In this document: positions 57,152-64,000 of the stretch, piece by piece
How the letters are laid out: the number at the start of each line of letters is the position of its first letter
Position numbering within the stretch: position 1 is the first letter of the stretch
NCBI GenBank assembly: GCA_964494475.1
Contig: CAZBRS010000003.1
Span: forward strand, 80,286 to 144,285
DNA length: 64,000 nucleotides
Source of the DNA: an uncultured Myxococcales bacterium
GTDB taxonomy: Bacteria > Myxococcota_A > UBA9042 > CAZBRS01
Direction: 5' to 3'
Program-made: the position numbers and the translations under genes
The notes under the pieces: model-generated
The model's input: only the letters and a program-made list of their open reading frames with translations
What the model was told of the DNA's origin: nothing
Databases searched by the model: none

Positions 57152-59353
57152 TCAGAACTGGACGCGGGCGAAGTCGGCGAAGCGCCGGAAGCGGTCGGCC
57201 ACGGCCCGCACGAGCCCCAGGCGGTTCGCGCGCACGACGGGGTCGTCGGCCATGACCAGCACGCCGTCGAAGAACGCGTCGATGGCCGGCTTGAGGCCGA
57301 CGATGGAGGAGAGCGCCCGGTCGTAGTCGCGCTCCTCCATGGCGCCGTCGAAGACGACGACCATGCGCTCGAAGGCGTCGGCCAGGGCGTGCTCGGCGGC
57401 CTCGAAGAGGCCCCGCTGGTACGCGGACGCCTCGTGATCCTTCGTGATGTTCATGACGCGCTTGAAGGCGATCATCATGGGCGCGAACTCGGCCGAGCCG
57501 GCGATGGCCTCGAGGGCCATGAGGCGGCGCAGCAGGTCGGCGGGGTTGCCCGAGCCGGTGCCCAGGGTGGCGCCGACCAGGTTGTTGTCGTGCCCGTCGT
57601 CCTGCAGCTTGACGCGGAGGCGCCCCAGCAGGAAGTCGGTCACCTTGTCGACCAGCGCCGCGCGATCCTTGACGATGGCCGGGCCCAACGCCTCGGCCGC
57701 GAGGCCCACGAGGTCGCGCACGTCGAGATCGAGGGGCGCGGGTGCGTGGGGCCCCTGGCCGGCGCCGTCCTGCAACAGGATGCGCAGCACGCCGATGGCC
57801 TGGCGCCGCAGGGCGTAGGGATCCTGGCTGCCGCTGGGCTCGAGCCCCAGGGCGAAGGCGCCCGTGATCGAGTCGAGCTTGTCGGCGAGCGAGACGATGG
57901 TGCCTTCGCGCGTGGTCGGGATGGCGTCGCCGGCGAAGCGCGGCTGGTAGTGCTCGTCGATGGCGCGGCACACGTCGGCGTGCTCGCCATCGGCCGTGGC
58001 GTAGTGCCGGCCCATGACCCCCTGCAGTTCGGGGAACTCGCCGACCACGTGGGTGCCCAGATCGGCCTTGGCCAGGCGCGCGGCGCGCACGGCCCGCGCG
58101 GCCAGGTCGGGCCCGGCGAAGCACGGCGCCAGCCCGGCGAAGCGGCCCACGAGCCCGGCGGCCAGGACCTCGAGCCGCGCGGCCTTGTCGTACACCGTGC
58201 CCAGGCCCTGCAGGAAGATGCGACCCTTCAGCGCCTCGACGAAGGAGGCCAGGGGCTGCTTGCGATCGTCGTCGAAGAAGAACGCGGCGTCGGCCAGGCG
58301 GGCCCGCAGCACGCGCTCGTTGCCGGCCACGACCGTGCGGCACACCTCGGCCGGGGCGTCGGGCGGCAGGTTGGTGACCACGGCGAAGCGCGCCAGCAGC
58401 TTGTCGGCGTCGTGGCCGGCGGCCCCCTCGGGGTGCACCCAGACGGGGAAGTAGCGCTGGTGGTGCTTCATGGCGGTCACGAGGATCTCGGCCGGGATGG
58501 CCAGGTGCCGCTCGTCGAACGAACCGACCAGCACGCGCGGCGACTCGGTGAGGTTCGAGACCTCGCGCAGGAACTCGTGATCGGACATCACCTCGCGGAT
58601 GCGGTACCCGGCGCCGGCCGGGGGCGCGCCCAGCGAGGCCACGGCCTCGCGGAGGCCCAGGGCGATGCGGTCGGCGCGCACGTCGGCGTCGAACTCGACG
58701 TGCGCGGCGCGCAGCATGAGGGCGTAGTCGCTGAAGTCGGCCACGGTCAGCGGGGCATTGCCGCGGAAGCGGTGGCCGCGCGTGGCCGAACCGGCCTTCA
58801 CGCCGGCGATCTCCACGGGGATGACCTCGCCGCCCAGCAGCGCGACGATCCAGTGGATGGGGCGCAGGAACTGGAAGCGCTCGGCGCCCCAGCGCATGGT
58901 CTTCGGCTGCGGCAGGGTGCGCAGGATTTCGGGCACGGCCTCGGCCAGGATCTCGGCGGTGGTGCGCCCCTTCACGAACTTGTTCGCGACCAGCACCTCG
59001 CCCTTGGGGGTGACCAGGCGCAGGAGATCGGCCACGGCCACGCCCTGCGTCTTGGCGAAGCCCTCGGCGGCCTTGGTGGGGACGCCGGCGGCGTCGAAGG
59101 CGATGCGCACGGGGGGCCCCTGGACCGCGACGGTCTGGTCGGCCTGGCCCGAGAGCACGCGCGGGGCCACGAACACCAGGCGCCGCGGGCCGCTGTACGA
59201 GCGGGGGATCTCGCCCGGCGGCAGCAGGCCGGCGTCGGTCAGCTTCTTGACCAGGGCCGTGTGCAGCTCGGCGTGCAGGGCGTTCAGGTGGTTCGACGGG
59301 ATCTCCTCGCAGCCGATCTCGAGCAGCAGCTCGCGGGTGTCGACGTGGCTCAT
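57152..59353 (-). CDS. glyS: Glycine--tRNA ligase beta subunit
   Basis: The ribosome binding site GGAGGTGG precedes the ATG at 59353. The GlyS N-terminus ([11 protein letters not shown]) and the anticodon-binding C-terminus are conserved. Confidence 0.9.
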   Translation of the reverse strand: MSHVDTRELLLEIGCEEIPSNHLNALHAELHTALVKKLTDAGLLPPGEIPRSYSGPRRLVFVAPRVLSGQADQTVAVQGPPVRIAFDAAGVPTKAAEGFAKTQGVAVADLLRLVTPKGEVLVANKFVKGRTTAEILAEAVPEILRTLPQPKTMRWGAERFQFLRPIHWIVALLGGEVIPVEIAGVKAGSATRGHRFRGNAPLTVADFSDYALMLRAAHVEFDADVRADRIALGLREAVASLGAPPAGAGYRIREVMSDHEFLREVSNLTESPRVLVGSFDERHLAIPAEILVTAMKHHQRYFPVWVHPEGAAGHDADKLLARFAVVTNLPPDAPAEVCRTVVAGNERVLRARLADAAFFFDDDRKQPLASFVEALKGRIFLQGLGTVYDKAARLEVLAAGLVGRFAGLAPCFAGPDLAARAVRAARLAKADLGTHVVGEFPELQGVMGRHYATADGEHADVCRAIDEHYQPRFAGDAIPTTREGTIVSLADKLDSITGAFALGLEPSGSQDPYALRRQAIGVLRILLQDGAGQGPHAPAPLDLDVRDLVGLAAEALGPAIVKDRAALVDKVTDFLLGRLRVKLQDDGHDNNLVGATLGTGSGNPADLLRRLMALEAIAGSAEFAPMMIAFKRVMNITKDHEASAYQRGLFEAAEHALADAFERMVVVFDGAMEERDYDRALSSIVGLKPAIDAFFDGVLVMADDPVVRANRLGLVRAVADRFRRFADFARVQF

Positions 59354-60255
59354 ACCGCCACCTCCTTCGCGGCCGCCAGGAGGGGATGGCCCAGGGCTTC
59401 GCGCTTCTTGACCCAGCCCTGAGCACACAGCCGCGCCAGCTTGCGCACGCGGCCGATGTACTTCTGACGCTCGGCCACGCTGATGGCGCCACGTGCGTCG
59501 AGCACGTTGAAGGCGTGCGAGCACTTCAGGCAGAAGTCGTACGCGGGCCGCACCAGATCGAGCTCAATCAGGCGCAGGCTCTCGCGCTCGTAGTCGTCGA
59601 ACCAGCGCAGATGGGCGGCCACGTCGGCCTGCTCGAAGTTGAAGGTCGAGAACTCGACCTCGTCGGCGTGGTGCACGTTGCCGTACGTCACGCCCGGCGC
59701 CCACAGGAGGTCGTACACGCTCGCGACGTTCTGAAGGATCGTGGTGATGCGCTCGAGGCCGTAGGTGATCTCACCGGTGATGGGAGAGAGGTCGATCCCG
59801 CCGGCCTGCTGGAAGTACGTGAACTGCGTGACCTCCTGCCCGTCGAGCCAGACCTCCCACCCGAGACCCCAGGCGCCCAGGGTGGGGCTCTCCCAGTCGT
59901 CCTCGACGAAGCGGATGTCGTGCTCGTCGGCGCGAATGCCGAGCTCGGCCAGGCTGGCCAGGTACAGGTCCTGGATGTCCTTGGGGCTCGGCTTCAGCAC
60001 CACCTGGAACTGGTAGTAGTGCTGCAGGCGGTTCGGGTTCTCGCCGTAGCGCCCGTCGGTGGGCCGGCGCGAAGGCTCGACGTAGGCGGCCTTCCAGGGC
60101 TCGGGCCCGAGGCAACGCAAGAACGTGTTGGGATTGAACGTGCCGGCGCCGGTCTCGAGGTCGATCGGCTGCGTGAGCAGGCACCCCTGGCGAGCCCAGA
60201 ACTGGCTGAGCCGCAGGATGACGTCGTGGAAGTAGAGGAACGAGTCGCGAGCCAC
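59350..60255 (-). CDS. glyQ: Glycine--tRNA ligase alpha subunit
   Basis: The protein aligns with E. coli GlyQ ([33 protein letters not shown]). A GTG start is proposed at 60255, after AGGGA. Its stop overlaps the glyS ATG as ATGA. Confidence 0.9.
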   Translation of the reverse strand: MARDSFLYFHDVILRLSQFWARQGCLLTQPIDLETGAGTFNPNTFLRCLGPEPWKAAYVEPSRRPTDGRYGENPNRLQHYYQFQVVLKPSPKDIQDLYLASLAELGIRADEHDIRFVEDDWESPTLGAWGLGWEVWLDGQEVTQFTYFQQAGGIDLSPITGEITYGLERITTILQNVASVYDLLWAPGVTYGNVHHADEVEFSTFNFEQADVAAHLRWFDDYERESLRLIELDLVRPAYDFCLKCSHAFNVLDARGAISVAERQKYIGRVRKLARLCAQGWVKKREALGHPLLAAAKEVAV

Positions 60256-60384
60256 GGTGATCCCTGGTCGGTTCGAGGCGCACAACTATAGGAAGCGCCC
60301 CTCCGGATTGTCAACGTCGGCTTGACCTCGCGCGGTCGAAGAGGTATTCCTAGGCCGATTTGCGAACGGAGACGGGTAGACGCC

Positions 60385-61362
60385 ATGTTGCAAAGCTCAC
60401 GCGCGTGGTCGATCTCGCTGTTGGCGGTGGCGTTCCTGATGTTCGGCTGCGGCGACATCCAGCAGAGCAGCGACGACTCCGACAACGTCCAGACCAAGGC
60501 GCTGCTGCTCCCCCCCAACATGCTGGTGAAGGACACCATCAACGCCAACGAGGGCGACCTCGAAGACTGGCGCGATCTCACCGTGTTCGTCGACTCGAGC
60601 GTGACGCTCCTCTACGTGGTCGGCGGCATGGGCGCCAAGCACGACGTGGTGGGCGACATCACCTGCTTCGACATGAAGTCGCGCGAGATCGCGGGCGAGC
60701 CCGTGTCGCCCGAGAAGCCGAGCTACGAACTGTCGTTCGAGGCCATGGGCAAGGAGCACTACTTCTGCCGCTTCCGGGTCAAATCGGGCTCCAGCGCCTA
60801 CACCGTCAACACCGAGACCCGGGCCATCCTCAAGGATCCCTGCGCCGCGTGCGGTGTCGAAGAGCGCTGCGTCGAGGGCCAGTGCATCGGCAAGAACGAG
60901 TGCTACCCCGGCTGCACGTCGGGCCAGGAGTGCGCCGGCGGCATGTGCGTCTGCCCCCGGGGCACCGAGTGGGACACCAAGAAGAACGCGTGCCTCGCCC
61001 AGAAGAAGAAGGGCGGGGGCAAGACCCAGGTCGCGCTCCCCGAGCCCAGCGTGCCGTGCAACCCGGCCTGCGGGGCGGGCCTGACCTGCGACACCAAGGT
61101 CGGGCAGTGCGTGAAGACCGCCGCGCCGGCGCCCGCCTCGAAGGGCGGTGCCAAGGTGCTGAGCGCCATCCCCGACGGCTCGAAGGGCTCGGTCCTCACC
61201 CTCAACCGGGGCAGCCACCACGGCGTGCAGAAGAAGCAACGCGGCACGCTCGAGAACGGCGCGGCCATCGAGGTGATCGAGGTCTTCCCGTTCCGCTGCC
61301 GGGCCAGCACCAAGCTTCCCGCGTCGGCCATCAAGGCCGACATGGGCGTCACCCTCGAGTAA
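60385..61362 (+). CDS. Lipoprotein with Myxococcus-type Cys-rich (EGF-like) repeats
   Basis: The lipobox is LMFGCG. The Cys-rich repeats are CAACGVEERCVEGQC, CYPGCTSGQECAGGMCVC and CNPACGAGLTCD. Confidence 0.65.
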   Translation: MLQSSRAWSISLLAVAFLMFGCGDIQQSSDDSDNVQTKALLLPPNMLVKDTINANEGDLEDWRDLTVFVDSSVTLLYVVGGMGAKHDVVGDITCFDMKSREIAGEPVSPEKPSYELSFEAMGKEHYFCRFRVKSGSSAYTVNTETRAILKDPCAACGVEERCVEGQCIGKNECYPGCTSGQECAGGMCVCPRGTEWDTKKNACLAQKKKGGGKTQVALPEPSVPCNPACGAGLTCDTKVGQCVKTAAPAPASKGGAKVLSAIPDGSKGSVLTLNRGSHHGVQKKQRGTLENGAAIEVIEVFPFRCRASTKLPASAIKADMGVTLE

Positions 61363-61396
61363 TCCGGGCCCCTCGTGGTCCGTTCAGGAGACGCGA

Positions 61397-62401
61397 ATGC
61401 GCCGCTCCCCCCTCACGCTCGTCGCCCTGACCGCGCTGGTCGCGGCGCTGTCGATCGCTGCGTGTTCGAAGAAAGAGGCCCCGAACGAAGCCGACCCCAA
61501 AGCCGGCGACGTCGACCCGGGCGCGGTCGATGCGGCGAAGGCCGAGGCCTCGGCCGCCGAGGCGCCCGACGCGGCCCCGGCCGCCGGCAAGAACCGCCAG
61601 GTCGCCATGGCCGAGAAGGTCAAGGCGCGCGAGGCCGCCCGCAAAGCGGCCAAGGCCGCCCGCGAAGCCCGCGCCACCGCCGAGGCCGACGCGCCCCCTG
61701 CCCCCGAGGGCGAACCCTCCGACGATGAGCAGGTCGCGGAGGCCCAGGCCGGGACCCCGACCCCCGTCACGCCCGCGGAGGCCGCTGCCGCCCGCGCCGC
61801 CGGGGCCGCCCACCTCGTGGCCAGGGCCGACGGCTCGCACCTGCCCCCCGGCGCCGCCGCCGCCGCCTCGTCGTTGGTCTCCCGCACCGAACCGGGCGCC
61901 GTGGCCCCCACCCCGCCGGCGCCGGCGCCCCACGCCGAGGCGCCCGCCGACGCCCCCGGCGGCGTCGAGTTCGTGGTGCGCGACGACGCCCCGCTCGACC
62001 TGTCGAAGCTGGTCACGCTGGCCGACGTCCAGAAGATCATGAAGAAGACGGCCCTCCGCGAGAGCGAGCCCCTGGCCGGGAGCCTCCCGGCGCGCGACTA
62101 CAACGGCGTGCGCTTCTTCGCGGCGCCGAACGAGACCCTCGGCGTCGCCGTCCAGGTCTGGCGCTTCTCCACGACCATCGACGCCCGACGGCGCTACGAC
62201 GTCTATTCGAGCCACTACCCCAACGCCGAAAAGACCGACGCGGTGGCGACCCAGGGCTTCTTCGCGCAATCGGGCGACCTGCTCTACCTCGGTTTCCTCG
62301 ATCAGGCCAAGAAGGCCGTGGCCATCGTGAGCTGCTCCGAAGACGCCTGCGACATGAAGGACCTTTACGTGCTCGCGCGCGACCTGCAGAAGAAGCTCTA
62401 G
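61397..62401 (+). CDS. Lipoprotein, hypothetical, with an Ala/Pro/Glu-rich N-terminal half
   Basis: The lipobox is LSIAAC. GC3 is high. Confidence 0.5.
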   Translation: MRRSPLTLVALTALVAALSIAACSKKEAPNEADPKAGDVDPGAVDAAKAEASAAEAPDAAPAAGKNRQVAMAEKVKAREAARKAAKAAREARATAEADAPPAPEGEPSDDEQVAEAQAGTPTPVTPAEAAAARAAGAAHLVARADGSHLPPGAAAAASSLVSRTEPGAVAPTPPAPAPHAEAPADAPGGVEFVVRDDAPLDLSKLVTLADVQKIMKKTALRESEPLAGSLPARDYNGVRFFAAPNETLGVAVQVWRFSTTIDARRRYDVYSSHYPNAEKTDAVATQGFFAQSGDLLYLGFLDQAKKAVAIVSCSEDACDMKDLYVLARDLQKKL

Positions 62402-62425
62402 GTGGACCAGCACAGGAGCCCCCGC

Positions 62426-63763
62426 ATGGCGACCGCACAGGTCCTCCTCATGGACGACGATCCGCGGATGGAGGCCCTCCTGTTGGGTGCGGTCCGACTG
62501 CCTCCGAGCCTGCTCGTGCGGGACCCGGCGGGCATCTTCGAGCCCGACCCGCTGAAGCACGGGCTCGTGCTGTTGAACGCCGAGTTCCAGAAGAGCTTCG
62601 GCCTGTGTCGGCGCTTCAAGAAGAAACGCGAGACCGCTGGCGTACCCATCGCGTTCTTCACGTTCTCGCACGACCGGGAGCACCTGCGCATCCTGGCCGA
62701 GCACCGGGCGCTGCCGACCCACGCCGACCACTACCTGCTGCCCCCCACCACGGCCGAGCGCGTCCTCGATCTGCTGACGAAGACCATCGGCGCGTTCGAA
62801 GCCGCACTTCCCGCGGAGCCCCCGACGCCCCGCGAGCCCGACGCCGACGAGCTCCCCCCCGACCTCGAGGCCGGCGACGACGACGCGCCGAGCTTCGACC
62901 GGGAAGAAGCCCACGAGCCGACCCGCGAAGACACCGAGGCCCCCGCTGCGACCCCGGAGTTGGTCGCCGAGCGCGCGCTGCCCTCCGGCGACGACGACGA
63001 GTTCTCGTACGAGGCCCCCGACTCCGGCGACGACGACGACGTGCCGCCTCCGCCCCCCGAGGGCATGCTCGAGCCCCTGGCGGCGGACCCCTCCATCGGC
63101 CAGGGCGAGCCCAGCCTCGGCGGCTTCCGGACCGACCGCCTCACGAGCGTCGAGCGCTACGTGTCGGGCCTGCACGACGAGATCGCGCGGCGCGAAGACC
63201 AGATCGAAGCGCGCCGCGCCGAGCTCGACCGCGAGGAGGCCCAGCTGCGGGCCGAGTCTGCCGCCGCCGTGATCGAGGCGCAGCGCAAGGCGTCGGCGCT
63301 GGCCGAGGAGGCCGCGCGCCTGCGCGACGAGCTGCAGGCCGCGCTGTCCGCGCACGGCGACGCCGCCGAGCTGGAGCGGGTGCAGGCCGAAGTGGCGACC
63401 CTGCGGGCCGAGCTCGAGTGGGCGCGCGCCGAGGCCGAGCAGAACCAGACAGAACTGAAGCGCCTGCGCGCCGAGGGCGAACGCGTGCTGGCCGAATCCG
63501 ACCGCGTGCGCGGCGAGTCCGAACGCCTGCGCGCCGACGCCGAGCGGCTGCGCGCCGAGTTGGCCGAGGCCACGAAGCGGGCGGCGCTGACCACCGCGCT
63601 CGAGGCCCGCCTCAACCGCTCGGTGCAGCGAACGGCGGCCCTGGGTCAGGCCCTGCTGGCGGCCCGCCCCTCCCTGGTGACCCTCCTCGAGTTCTCGCGC
63701 GACCTCGAGCTCGAGCGACAGGTCGACGCCGACGGCGTTCCGACGGGCCTCGACGATCGATAA
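62426..63763 (+). CDS. Pseudo-receiver domain plus long coiled-coil protein, FrzS/AglZ-like architecture
   Basis: The ribosome binding site AGGAG precedes the ATG at 62426. The N-terminal CheY-like fold (QVLLMDDDP) lacks a clear phospho-acceptor context. The C-terminal 150 aa are heptad-like and Ala/Glu/Arg/Leu-rich. Confidence 0.6.
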   Translation: MATAQVLLMDDDPRMEALLLGAVRLPPSLLVRDPAGIFEPDPLKHGLVLLNAEFQKSFGLCRRFKKKRETAGVPIAFFTFSHDREHLRILAEHRALPTHADHYLLPPTTAERVLDLLTKTIGAFEAALPAEPPTPREPDADELPPDLEAGDDDAPSFDREEAHEPTREDTEAPAATPELVAERALPSGDDDEFSYEAPDSGDDDDVPPPPPEGMLEPLAADPSIGQGEPSLGGFRTDRLTSVERYVSGLHDEIARREDQIEARRAELDREEAQLRAESAAAVIEAQRKASALAEEAARLRDELQAALSAHGDAAELERVQAEVATLRAELEWARAEAEQNQTELKRLRAEGERVLAESDRVRGESERLRADAERLRAELAEATKRAALTTALEARLNRSVQRTAALGQALLAARPSLVTLLEFSRDLELERQVDADGVPTGLDDR

Positions 63764-63778
63764 CGGGACGAGACCCCG

Positions 63779-63797
63779 GGCGGGGGTGAACCCCGCC
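63779..63797. terminator. GC hairpin between convergent genes
   Basis: The stem is ggcgggg-gtgaa-ccccgcc, 7 bp. There is no U-run. Confidence 0.3.
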
Positions 63798-64000
63798 TAC
63801 AGCTCCAAGACGACCTTGCCACACTGGCCGGCGGCCATGAGCTCGAAGCCCTGCTCGTAATCTGCGAACGGCAGGTGGTGCGTGATGACGGGGCGGATGT
63901 CGAGGCTGCCCGACTTGAACAGGCCCGCCATGCGGTACCAGGTGTCCCAGATGCGGCGCCCGGTGACACCCTTGATGGTGAGCGAACGGAAGATGACGTC
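63797..64000 (-). CDS. tdh: L-threonine 3-dehydrogenase, C-terminal 67 codons (gene continues beyond the window)
   Basis: The translated tail DVIFRSLTIKGVTGRRIWDTWYRMAGLFKSGSLDIRPVITHHLPFADYEQGFELMAAGQCGKVVLEL* aligns with the E. coli Tdh C-terminus. Confidence 0.7.
   Translation of the reverse strand, partial: DVIFRSLTIKGVTGRRIWDTWYRMAGLFKSGSLDIRPVITHHLPFADYEQGFELMAAGQCGKVVLEL

Noticed and set aside
57137-59422. 761-aa plus-strand ORF
   Set aside because: It is antisense to glyS.
61349-63355. 668-aa minus-strand ORF
   Set aside because: It is antisense to the lipoprotein and the coiled-coil gene. It is a G/R repeat.
1-64000. Search for CRISPR arrays, tRNA or rRNA genes, transposases or integrases, and phage or defense islands
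   Set aside because: I found no direct-repeat and spacer arrays, no tRNA cloverleaf or T-loop candidates, and no transposase, integrase or nuclease/ATPase defense signatures. The window looks like core chromosome.

Overview
This 64 kb window is about 70% GC and has the coding density of a bacterial chromosome. Several signals point to a myxobacterial-type deltaproteobacterium (Myxococcota). These are a MYXO-CTERM-like C-terminal sorting tail, Myxococcus-type Cys-rich repeats, MopE-like DDDGDG repeats, an AglRQS/TolQRR-like motor module, a FrzS/AglZ-like pseudo-receiver coiled-coil protein, and many lipoproteins. I saw no rRNA, tRNA, CRISPR array, transposase, integrase or obvious phage or defense island. 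Because of the GC content the six-frame track is dominated by spurious long antisense or out-of-frame ORFs that are rich in Arg/Gly/Ala/Pro or Ser/Thr. Genes were chosen by strand-consistent high GC3, recognisable family motifs, signal peptides or lipoboxes, ribosome binding sites and ATGA/GTGA translational coupling. Recognisable housekeeping genes are truA, tolB, folK, maf, yggS, yihY, lgt, gltX, gmk, yicC, pilD, glyQ-glyS and a 3' fragment of tdh. Around these lies envelope and accessory content that I consider the most interesting part. It includes a promoter and terminator bounded structured small-RNA candidate, an EF-hand calpain-like cysteine protease, and a tolB-adjacent polytopic membrane protein with a TonB/TolA-C-like domain lying divergent to a tolQ-tolR-tolR-type motor. 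It also includes a translationally coupled AsmA-like, TamB-like and 1102-aa Omp85 operon, an ABC-2 exporter coupled to a B12-radical-SAM-like protein with a non-canonical Cys motif, a standalone DUF4157 (HExxH) protein next to a POTRA-less Omp85 barrel, and a pair of lipoproteins fused in an operon behind glyQS. I could not single out one unambiguous novel system; the envelope modules above are the best candidates. All domain calls come from motif recognition by eye. Start codons were chosen by ribosome binding site and alignment logic and may be off by a few codons.
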